From the NCBI GenBank assembly GCA_002633005.1, contig NMRA01000008.1, forward strand, positions 1,648,567 to 1,712,566: a stretch of DNA of 64,000 nucleotides, written 5' to 3'. The notes beneath the pieces were generated by a model. That model was given only the letters and a program-made list of their open reading frames with translations. It did no database searches and had not been told where the DNA came from. The position numbers and the translations under genes are program-made. Origin of the DNA: Phoronis australis. Its lineage: Eukaryota > Animalia > Phoronida. Positions 24,201 through 35,100 of the stretch are shown piece after piece. Each line of letters begins with the position of its first letter. Position 1 is the first letter of the stretch.

Positions 24201-24484
24201 TTAGTCAGTACGAAGCAAGCATGGATGTTCACTACTGCAGCGGTTTATACAATAGAATATTCTTTATTCTGTCCAACATGAGTGGCTGGACAGTTACCAA
24301 GGCCTACTTTGTGTTTTTTCAGGCTCACTTCGGCTTTTTCAAAAGGTGCACCTCTCTTAGAGGAGGCGTTTGTCATTTAGAAGATTCTGCAACTGCACTT
24401 AGCCTGAACAAAGCGGACGTCACGAAAGCTTGCTTGTTAGTTGGTTTAACGTGTAAGAGGGACGACCCACTTGTGTGCAAATAA
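17671..24484 (+). CDS. Secreted M4 (thermolysin-family) zinc metalloprotease preproprotein, LasB/vibriolysin-like, spliced; optional mucin CysD module inside the FTP propeptide
   Basis: Exons 17671-17707 (G|GTAAGT), 19822-20055, [20852-20931, 21508-21718], 23175-24484. All junctions are GT-AG and phase-consistent: 1872 nt = 623 aa with CysD, 1581 nt = 526 aa without. Signal MFTEEKLRQICFVLVFAATVDA; FTP KFLTSCQFFHNVKIGDACITAELTK|GTIMPSTVKGNLITGI; PepSY-like region; WFEAGH|A processing site; M4 catalytic domain. Confidence 0.8.
19822..20055 (+). CDS. M4 protease exon 2 (signal peptide end and N-part of FTP propeptide)
   Basis: Acceptor TTTTTATTCAACAG|. Reads LVFAATVDAGNIRNASD...KFLTSCQFFHNVKIGDACITAELTK (cf. 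FTP RYQQYxNGVPV..IV). Donor AAAG|GTGATT, phase 1. Confidence 0.75.
20852..20931 (+). CDS. Mucin CysD/WxxW domain exon A
   Basis: CTCTTCCAG|AA TAT TGG gives EYWTDFISVDRPTATNAGDNETIANIL|GTATGT, matching the W-T-x-W/F...D-x-P...G-D-x-E CysD signature. Confidence 0.8.
21150..21450. repeat. (CAT)n/(CGT)n microsatellite in the intron between the CysD exons
   Basis: Pure (ATC)n run at ~21210-21294 with degenerate flanks. It accounts for the poly-His, poly-Met and poly-Ile ORFs. Confidence 0.95.
21508..21718 (+). CDS. Mucin CysD/WxxW domain exon B
   Basis: CTTCTAG|AGT gives SHGVDICGGAQPLKAVCKVK...VLCSPNYGLVCLNAEQTSGLCHDYEIQFLCP, matching the GL.C.N..Q...C.DYE.RF.CP signature. Donor CCCA|GTGAGT is phase 1. 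Read-through gives CPSE* (stop 21724-21726). Confidence 0.85.
23175..24484 (+). CDS. M4 protease terminal exon: FTP C-part, PepSY-like region and complete peptidase M4/M4_C catalytic domain
   Basis: Acceptor TTGTATTTCAG|. Motifs GGNEKTGKYYFG, VNGAFSPLNDAH, VHY, HEIFH (23978-23992), HEAMTD (third Zn ligand, 24050), DGRSIDN.SQY and MDVHYCSGLYNRIF, all colinear with LasB. AATAAA overlaps the stop at 24480-24485. Confidence 0.93.
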
Positions 24485-25477
24485 AGCCGGCCTTGGTGGC
24501 CATTCTTCAAAAATCCCGTTAATTATGGACAACGAACATTCTTGACTAGACAATTACTAATTAACAAGCTATTCAGGGATACGTTTTGTTAAAGATCGCA
24601 AGTCCGGTCGCAGCTATGACGGTCGTTGCGTTTTCCTGAACAGTGAAAACCTTTCAGTTGACAGGCTAAACCTTTAAGTTGGTAATTTTTACAAGGCGGT
24701 GTAGATGCCTCAGACTAAAGCAAACGAACGATGTTTTGTATCTCTACGGATGTATTACGTTTATGTATCTGCCAATACTTTTGTGCATCTGGTAATACAA
24801 CGTAATACATCGTCAAATCTGCAAAGATTGAAGAAACTGCATGTATACAAAACTGACACTATCACAACTTTACGCAACAGGTTACACTGGGCCACTTTAT
24901 ATTTTACACGTGCTATTGATAAAAGCCATGGTAACTGATATGTTTAGTTCGTCTGTCCGCTTTCTTAAAGAAGACGGGCAGACTTGAAAACTTCCTTCAC
25001 GAAGAACCGTAACGGGGCTCTCGTGTTTTTAGCTCAGGTGTTTGGTGCAAGGGGCCCAACCATGAGGTCATGCACCGCAAGTGATATCAGGCTACCAGCA
25101 TTGTTTTTATATATGGTCTTTAGTTAACTCGGCGTACTATTGAAGGTGCAATGGCCGAGCTTTGATGGTTGAATACTTTTTATAACGGCGTTTTAATCCC
25201 TTTTCATGTGTGTGATTAAGTTGAAAAAGTTAACACCTTTGAACCCCCAAAGAAGTTTTGTTGTGCCCGGCTTTTAACACTTTAATACAAGTGACGGACA
25301 AACAAGTCGTGTCTCTTGATGTTTTGCCTCATAGTTCCACGCCTGAAGAAAGGAGACTGCGAGCGAGTATATATTAAGCTGTCTAACAGAAAGTACAGTC
25401 GGGTCTCCAACCAAGTTTATTTAGATGAGGAGAGATTTTTGGTTCCACAAAAACTTGATAGTTTGTTATTGCTCGAA

Positions 25478-25585
25478 ACCATGTCGACGAATAAATGAAA
25501 CGCCGTGAGAGGTCAGGTCAACTTGTAGAGACAGCTTACTACCATGGTCGACGAATAAATGAAACGCCGTGAGAGGTCAGATCAA
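25478..25585 (+). repeat. Direct duplication of a ~44-bp unit
   Basis: ACCATG(G)TCGACGAATAAATGAAACGCCGTGAGAGGTCAG(G/A)TCAA occurs at 25478 and 25541. Confidence 0.85.
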
Positions 25586-28134
25586 TTCTTTCCAATCCCA
25601 TAAATCTCCTCTATTTTCACAAAGGAAAAATTGAGATCAATTTCATAACAGTCTAAAACAAATGTTTTTCTTGAGATGGAATGTGGGTTTATAGTCCGGC
25701 TATAAATAGCAAGTTATGTGTAAAGAACCTGCTATTTAGCATTTGTACTTCATTACAAATTCGTGATATCTATGAACATTAACCACTTACGGAAATAGCA
25801 CCCAATTTACTAAAAAGCAAGTCCAAAAACTTGATTACTCGTTTGACCAATAAAATTTGTTTGCCTGTGAGAAGACACGTCACACGTATGTGTGTTTTGA
25901 AGGTGAAGAAGTATAGTGGAAACTTTGACGTCCTTCGAATCGACAAGAAAAGTAATTTCAAAGTAGTTTTTGCCCCTGAAGTAAAAGTTATTGTATCGAC
26001 GAATAATCGTCCAACAGGGCTCTCAGCCCTCAACATACTTGCTACGTAAATCCAATATCCTATTGCGTGTCCCTGTGAATGCGCATGAGCAAAGTGTTTT
26101 GTTAAGAGGTTTTCCATTGACCAAATGCATTGGCTGACCTGAATATCACATTTCCATCAGCTAAATAGTTAGTTAAACGCTAGTTAGCAATTCGCGTGCT
26201 ACTTCTAGTAAATAGCGTGCTCTTCAATCAAATGTCAAACTATTTCCGAAGTTCGTATCAATTACATATGCTAATAGCGGAATATTGAAGTATAACTTGC
26301 TATTTAACTAACAACTGAACAGTTACTGAACCTGGTGTCTAATTTCTATATAATCATGTCCGTCGCCACTCAGCGTTATTGCGTGTTGATTTTTATTGAT
26401 CATTAAAAACGTAGACATGGTATACAGGTGTCATGATTGAGGTATAGGAATAGTAAATCAATGAGGAAGTCAGCGAAACAATTACGAGAAAGGAAATTCT
26501 TGACAGCTAAGAGTTGTTCAGTCGGTAAACAACAAGGGAGAGAGGTCGAAGTGAAGGGGTAACACCGAGGCGAAAGTAATGTTTTCACGTTAAAAGAGAG
26601 CGGTTTTTCGGCGACTCTAGTTACAAACAGTCTGAGGCACTAGCAAATTGAGTAGCCCCCGCCGTCGTCACAATATTCACGATATTTTCACCCACTACCT
26701 ATCACTATAATGGTTCCGTCACTCCAGGCAACTACAGTTTTGCATCCCCGCTGACAACTTTTGAAGGGCTGCTGCGGCAATGGGACCCTAAGCTGTACTT
26801 TATTTATCTCAATGGATAGTCTGGCAATGGAGAGTGGTAATATCTTTCTCTGCGCAACATTATTCCCCTCAGTCCTATCGACTGTGGAAGATTTAATGAA
26901 ACGTTTTCCGTCGTCATCAGTGTCGCACCCCCGTCACTATTGCTCCGGTACCTGTAATTGTCCATAGAATCACCCTTTTTCAATCAGGTAAATCACTTAT
27001 TTGGTGTGCAGATCAGCATTTAGTTTGATGTAGTACCACCTAGTATAAACTCTCGCCATAAGTTCAAATGTTTTTCCAATAATCTGATTTGTTAGTTAAT
27101 GAACCTATCAGAAGTAAAAGTAATCGCAAAATCTTGCTTTGAAACAAAATTTATTCACAATCTCGCATACATCCATTTTCTTTCAAACAAGCTTTATTCG
27201 TTTTGATCTGGTATACAAAATCTCTGTTCCATTTAATTTTACAACTTAGCCACGCTTGAACTACCCTTGTTACCCAACTCAATACAAACGAGTCACGGAA
27301 AATTATTTTGGCTTCGGCAACTTAGACATAATTGTAAATTGACCAACACTGAGAAGCTGCAAGAGAGAACATTTGAAAACTTTGAACGCCAAGTCATATC
27401 AAGTCATAACATGATGTGTCAGTTTTTGTTCAAGAAATTCAGTTTACGCCCGCCCATCCCGCTAGTACGTGTTGCCATCTTGATTGTGGCGTTAGGATCT
27501 CTGTGCAGTTGGACTCGGCAAATAGATTCGTTCACAGACAATAACATATGAAGTGATATACCTGTATACTGAGTATTCAGCGAAACAAGGTAATGAATGT
27601 ATCCAAAACATTCCTTTACGTCCGCAAAAAATAAGTCAATAATCAAGTCAATGGGAACACGATACGCGGGAACAATAACCCGGTTCGTTAGACTGGATTG
27701 TGTCAATACATGACGGGGCGAAGCAAACCTTGTGGGCAAAGAGTCACGTATTGTCGGTGGTGCTTACTGAAGATTAACCGAGGAAGACAAGTTCGTCTTG
27801 TCTACCGGAACATAGTTTGGTCGCTACTGGTGGATCGCGCTGGGCGATTGTAAGTATAGCCTTCTAAAGGCCTATTAAAACAATACTTTTACCAAGTGTG
27901 GGTACTGAAATGCAGTCGTGTAGTGACCGTCAGGGTGGACATTGTACTTTCGTGAAGTTCTTGGGGTCATCGTTCTGTTTCAAGAACAGGGCGTTTATCA
28001 TGGCTATGTGTGTGTATAAAAACATATATGTAAGTATTCGTACGTTTGTATGTATTTATGTGTGCGTGCGTGTTCGTAAGTTTTTATATACAACATGTAC
28101 AAATGCCATGTAAGTCTATCTGTACATGTATACA

Positions 28135-28410
28135 TTAGTAGTATGTATGTATGTATGTATGTATGTATGTATGTATGTATGTATGTATGTATGTATGTAT
28201 GCTTGTATGTATGTATATATGTATGTATACATGTACGTATGCATGCTTGTGTGCATTTTCGCGAAGGTTTGCTCGTCTGCGTGTGTGTAAGAATGTATGT
28301 GTGTGTATGTATGTATGTATGTATGTATGTATGTATGTATGTATGTATGTATGTATGTATGTACGCATGCGTATATGTATCAATTTTCTATGTATGTACG
28401 CGTGCGTGTA
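28135..28410. repeat. (TATG)n microsatellite, two tracts
   Basis: Pure GTAT runs at ~28141-28200 and ~28305-28362. Confidence 0.95.
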
Positions 28411-30716
28411 TATAAAAGTGCATGTACATGTTAATTGAACGTCAAGGCTATTGTCTCATGTATTTGATTTGCAAGTCATTTTGGGCAAACGCTGACGGGC
28501 TATTGAACAGTGCAAACGGTGTCGAACTGTAGATGATAGATATTAGCATTGATACGAGGTAAAATATCTTGTTGGCATATACATTGCGGAGGTATTAACC
28601 GTCCTCTAACAATAACTGATCAAATACGTACCTTCACACGGTAGTAGATTAAATATTTTCACAAACAGCGGGGCAATGTTTGTTTTATAAAATGACCGAG
28701 GCGTTCGTGTCAACACGGGTGTAGGCATACTGTTCTAGCTTTTTATATCTCAACTGAAAGAAAAAAATAAGAACTACAGGGAAATTCCAAGAAAACACGT
28801 TGCAACTCATTCCACGAATATCACAATTTAAATGAAAATTTTCGAAAATTTTACAGTTTCACCGCCGAATTCGCGGTTTTGATAAACTGCATGCATGAAA
28901 TGAGTGACCAACAAAGCCGTGATCCGTCACCTGTGATAGGCTATATAAGAAATATTTGAAACCAAGTTTGCTCGCGATAACTGTCCTTCAAAGAGAAAGT
29001 TCAGCCAAAGTGTAACACAGCTGCCTTCAATCTTTGTAATATAATAATCATTATAACGAGATATAATAGTTTTGAAATTTGCATGAAAAGTTTCGTTGTG
29101 ACGACTGACAGGGGTGCAAATAAGGAGATCACTCTTGTCAACACAATTTCAAAGGTTTCTCGTATTAGCAAACGCGTTTGACAAACTAACGCTTGAAGTC
29201 TGTCAGTTCATAACCCTTTTTAGTAGGTCACACACACACATTTAAACAAACATATCAACATTATAATTACTTATGAATGCCTGTTTGTATGTCATTTCCA
29301 ATGTATTGGGACGCCTGGGGCGGCACAAGCAACAGACACTCATCAACGGCAATTTAGTGGTTCAACGCCCACGAATGCATAAAACTCTAAAAACAGAAAA
29401 GATGCTGACTGTTGTGTAACCCGGCTAATGTTCAAATTTTCCAAAATTTTGAACACCGGGCCTCAGAAATGGTTCTTATGTTCAAACTCTCACATGCTTT
29501 GCCTTAGGTGGGCTGTTCTCCAAAACGCTGCCGTAGGAAATGTTTGAAAATTGATTCACTTTTGCATCAGGAGCTCTACGAAGAAATATGAATGTTGTGA
29601 CTTTATGACTGAATTTTGAACAGATGGATAAAACGAAAATGAAACAATAACAGTAGCAGCGTTTTTGAGATTTCATCTTGAACGCTTATATGAAACAAAA
29701 TTTTGTAATGTTTTGATATCGTTGTTTTAACGGGCTTGTACTTTTCTTTTTGTTAATATTGCACTCAGTAAAATGAAAGGGTCGTGTGATCCAATCAACG
29801 GCAGGTTAGTAAAATCAAATTCTACAGGCTTTCTGCTTTCAGAAGTTATATTCTATAGTTTTATATATATTTGGCTGAATGCTCAGACTTTTCGATAAGG
29901 CCCTAAATATAACCTTAACCATCGTAATACAGGGCTACTATTTAGAGTGCTTACGTGCTCAGCCAGGCAGGTAACTGTCACATGACAGGGTTATATATAT
30001 ATAAACATTCAGGTAGATGAGAGACACTGGGGCCATTCAGGTATCTTGTTTGGAATAGCTGTACCGGTGCAGTAATTGTGAACACGTGAACACTTAACAA
30101 ATCAATGGCTATGCCATGAACGTCTGCTGGACCATAAATCGAACTATTTGACACTCACATACGTGGGGCATTGATTGAACATCGATAATAATCACTTACG
30201 TAAGTCGGGAACAACGTCTCATAATTTGCGTTTTGTGTTCTACTGAAGTATGAGGCGAACACGCACCCGCGGACAGCGAAAACACATGACAATTAAAAAA
30301 GAAAATAAAAATAACGTTAAACCCCATGCCTTGAATATGACTATGGTGTCAGTGCTACATTTGGTTGGAGCTTTGCAACTTTAGTGCTACGTGTATGTAT
30401 TTACCTTGACGGCGGTCACTAACCTGAGGGGCTCTTCAAGTAGGGGCGTACCGCTAATTCGTGTGGATATTTTGACCTTTTCAGTATGATCTAAAGAAGG
30501 ATGTGATATTGTTCGGGCAGATATACGTCTAGAGGCCTTGGATGTTAGTGGTGGGTACTAACTGCGTACTGATATATGTTTTCCCATCATGTGATATTGT
30601 TTCTGATAACATTTCCACCATAACTCTGTTTGTCACCCGGGTATCAGTTTGCCCATGTTTTGTAAGGAAGTAAATCTTAAATGTTCGGCCTTTAACTCTC
30701 TACCCGTTGTTTGAAA

Positions 30717-30867
30717 CATGGGCGGCGCATCATAGGGGGCTGGGGGGGGGGGCTATAGCCCCACTTTTTTAGTGCTACGCCGCACATGGTCTGTAGACAG
30801 TGCACCACAGGGGGATGAGGGGGCTTTAGCTCCCCACTTTTTTTCAGTGCTTAGTGCGCCGCCCATG
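30717..30867. mobile_element. hAT-like MITE, family B, internally duplicated, 5-bp TSD TGAAA
   Basis: TIRs CATGGGCGGCGCA / TGCGCCGCCCATG with TGAAA on both sides (30712-16, 30868-72). Two internal G-rich...AGCCCCACTTTTT units. Confidence 0.8.
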
Positions 30868-32179
30868 TGAAATAGACACTGTTGTTACATGTATTGTCAC
30901 ACGCGGCACACATTGTTACCCCAGGGGAGACGTATAAGCTGTCACATTGTGATGGTACATACTGTCACTCCCTAAGAACATCTGCCTTAGCGAAACTGAA
31001 TAGCTGTGTAGATGTAGATGTAGACCTCCGCGAAACGCGTAGGCCTTAGCGAAGGCCAGCGAATGCTAATTTCCACGAGAAACCTTCCCGGTATAGACGA
31101 GGTGTGCGTGCCGGGTATAGAATATATATCCATAGTTCGACTAGGGAGGGATACCCAGAGCTAGTAACCCAAATGTTACTGTTTGCAAAAACATCGCTCC
31201 TGAAAACTTGGCTGGCATCAGACCCGCTCAACATGGTCTTCATCGATCTTTCGGTCCCGTTCCACTGCACAACATCGTTCGGGGGGGTTTCTTCCACTTT
31301 CTTGGGTCTGTCCCATTGACTCTGGATCTGCCTATGTGTTAAAACCCCTGAAAAACAGGCAACGAGTTTCAACACAGTTGGGGAGCGACAATAGATGTCG
31401 ATGTTGACGGCATATTATTGTCGCACTCATATAGCCTACTGTCGCCCAGGCGACAATGAGACTAAACGCATAAATATTTCAACATGGAGTCTAAGCTCGT
31501 TGCTGTTGTGGGTGTTCTGGACAGTCAAAAATCAAAATTGGCACAGTGTTTTAAGTCTGCATCTCATATGACGTCACGTACCATTAGGATCCTTTCTGGC
31601 AAACGCATTGTCGTTTTGGTTTAGGCAAAGTGGCAGATACTGTTTGAGTCTATAACCTACGTGACACGTAACTGACCATCAGAATTCCATCAGGCAAACA
31701 CGCTTTCTTCTTCGTTTAAAGCAACTTTTCTCAAACTTGACAGTTGACATATTTTCCAAGACATTTCTCCCCATGTTGTTGTTGTACCGTGTCTCTCCTT
31801 CATCAAGCAGACAGACCACTCGCAGCAGAACCGTATCAATTACAAATGCGACGCTTTATTAGGTTAGACGGCCTTATTTTTAACAACATGAACAACGCTG
31901 TGTCCTTTAGTTCTTCTTGCCCTCTAGTAACCATCACCTTTATATATACAATCTCTTTTGCCATTTGAAAATTACCTTTATGGAAATTATTGGTTTACCA
32001 AGTTGTGTTTTCAGAGACTATATTTTCTGAACTGCAAACCAAGTTTTTAACTTTTTGCGTTATCAGTGTTTTTGCACTCGTGTGAATTAAGTAAAGGACT
32101 AAATACAAAAGCTTGAATATTCAAAATTTACTTCACGTTCTGTTACTTTCCAGGCGTTATACCGCGATATTCTGCCGGT

Positions 32180-35100
32180 ATGAATTCAACCACTATGCGT
32201 CCCGGCGAGCAGGAAACGATGTCGGGAGTGTTATCAACCATGGCAGGCATCATCGTGAATGTTAGCAACTCGACGAACTACAATAACACGGTTACTGAAT
32301 TTGACAAAGTTATGGGTTACACGCTTATACCGATATTTATCGTCACAGTAACTTCCAACCTCCTCACCATCGTCGTTGCCTACAAACTGGTCTCATTGAA
32401 CAAAAACATAACGGACTTCTTTGTTTTCTTCCTTGCATGGACAGATCTTATCCTCGGTTTACTTGTTCTACCCATAGTGACCGCGTCTCACTTCAACGGA
32501 GGAATTTTTGGAGGCGTCCCCGTTTGCCACTTTAATTTCTTCGTCGTCAACGCCACAGTACAAGCTTCAGCATTTCTGATTCTCGTGATGTCAATCGAAC
32601 GCTGGGTAGCCTTCGTCAAACCTTTGTATTACAAATCTCGCTTCACATTCACTACAGCTAAGATCCTCATCACTACTGTTTTACTCTACAGCACGGTGAC
32701 GTCATTGCTACCATTATTCGGTGTTGGCGAAATAGGGAATTTTGACTATGTGTGCATGATAGACTGGCAAACGAAGGAGCTCGATGGTCAGATCATGGTC
32801 TGGTTTCAAGTGATTTTAGGACTGGCGAGTATACTTGCAGTTTGGTACTTTAACATTGCGGTGGCATGTAGTGTGTGGAGAATGCGCGTCAAGAGACAAG
32901 GAAGGACGAGATCACATGACAATGCACGTGGTAAAATGGAAATCAAGTTTTTCCGACTAACAGCGTGTGTGGCTATCTTCTACTCGGTTTGCTGGGCGCC
33001 GTATTTGGTAAGCGAATTCTTTAACCTCAGGAAAATGGACATTTACTTGAACTTTAAAACTTTTTTAAACTCGCGGTCTACCACTGCGAACTGTTGATTT
33101 AAAGCGCTTGATCAGTTAGCGTTAAACCGCTAATTGATCTCAACTTTTTCGCATGCAGATGAGACGTGTTTTATTGACTTGGAAAGGACTGTCAGTTCGT
33201 TATAATTGTTACAGGCCATGCAAACTCGATACATAAACCGACCCAATATGACAAGTATGTTCTTAAAGATACTGTTTCCTTTATTACTTTCACTAACTTA
33301 GAACACAGAATGTACTGTGTCAGTCGAAAGATATTGCACAAATTAACACTTTTCGTAAATTACAGCCACGTATGTACTCCCGTTATTTTATTGCTATTTT
33401 TGTAAATTTATAAAAAAGTGTCGTGCGGACCTTCCGCGAAACCTCATTGTTGACTCTTTTCAGTTACGTGTTATCCTGTTGGATATCCTCTGCATGACAC
33501 TAATGACTATATTCACATACGTTTTATTCCAGTTCAGTGTGGATATCCCCAGTACGATGCTTTATTTCCAAATACGAGTTATTCAAGTGCAGTGTGTATT
33601 TCTTCAGCATGATATCAGTGAATGTTAACAGATACTGTAAAGCTTCTATCAGTAGCCGACTTATAGACGCCTCTCTCTACTGGAATTAAGCCGAGGGTCT
33701 AGGTATTAATAAACGCCGGATCTCTAATAGAAGCACCCTGTAATAGAGGCACCTCCTCTAATAAAAGCCTCCCTCTAATAGAGACCGGGTTTCCATGTTG
33801 TCTGAATGCCGTCTATGAAGAAAACAAAGTTGCAAAGGGTAGGCTATGTAAAATTGTGCTTAAGAACGTGTAACAGCACGATACGACCTTGGACCGGACG
33901 ATTGGCAAAGGCAATTTTTTTCGTTTGGCATCGCACAATTTGTGCTTCACTGCCCTAGGACCGAAATAAATAAACTCCTCCCTGTAACAGAGGTCGGTTT
34001 TGGAGCACGTCTGAAAAAACAAAGGCCCCGGCTACAATTAGAAGCTTTACGATACGTGTTATTTTGGCATAATATTGTCAATCTCGAGTACAGTTTGGAC
34101 ATCCTCATGATATTGCCAACCTTTTCAGATACGTGTTATTCTCGTACAGTGTGGATATCCTCGAAATGATACTATAGACTTCGTAGTGACCCGCCTGGCG
34201 GCATCCAACTCAATGGTAAGCGTCTGCTAAAACTTGCATACTGTGCAAATATTTTCAGCAAATGCAGAAAATAAAGTCAAGTAACTCAGGGTGGTCCTAA
34301 GTTTGTGTAAACATACTTTTGTCCCGAAACATTGACAACTATACATCGCACGCTGTCTCCACTAACTTGGAACTGTCGGTTAAAGCAGCACTTGCCCTGT
34401 TAAAAACTAAAATCGGATCATGTATTTTACCGAATCTCATATTTGTCTCATCCGAGTTTACCGTGCGGAGATTCTGTTTCCGTTACCAACAAGAATATCC
34501 AAACGATCAACGACTCAAGAAAATGGCCAGCCTTAACATCGTGAAATCCAAAATGGCGCACCTACGAATTTCTTGTGGCTTGAGTTGCCGGTTCATTCGG
34601 CAACAGTTCAAGATTGGATGAGCGTGGTAATGCATTCAAGCCCCAAAGCGCAGAAACGCCTCTTTAATTGTTGTAACTATTGATCAACAATAATTGGAAG
34701 ACAATTGTGGGATACTGCAATGCTAGACTTAATTGTGCTCACCCTTGTGCCTAATTTCTCAGAACACAGTCATCACCCGACCAATCACGTTCATTGCTTG
34801 TTACCACAGCCTAAGGTCATAATATGTTAAAGACGTTGAAATTTCGCGACCCCTTCAGAAATTTTAGAATTAATGCAGGGCATTTGTAGAATTAATTTTG
34901 GATACATTTTACATTGTGCTCCTTTCGGGTGTTATGTAAAATTTGATTGAATGAGTAAAGACGGCATTAAATCCATGCTTCCTGACAAACAAAATAAGAT
35001 TTGGATTAGGCCATTTCAGTGGTGGCTTGAGATTCCATGAGTTTGGTCTGAAGAATAACGATAAATCAGTTCTTCCAGTGCCCACAGATCATTTCTAAGC

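Noticed and set aside
23183-24484. Treating the 433-aa ORF as a complete bacterial gene or contaminant
   Set aside because: There is no signal peptide at that Met. A phase-1 acceptor sits at 23173-23174, and upstream exons supply the signal and FTP start. The context is animal.
28095-28438. MYVC/HTYI repeat proteins
   Set aside because: Translations of a (TATG)n microsatellite.
33008-33097. ORF-track C-terminus of the 305-aa GPCR (VSEFFNLRK…)
   Set aside because: Read-through into the intron after TTG|GTAAGC. TM7 is encoded at 34129 and 35982.
33455-33830. CRISPR-like repeat-spacer array
   Set aside because: The units are degenerate and match the host exon or MITE subterminal repeats. There are no unique spacers and no cas genes, and the DNA is eukaryotic.
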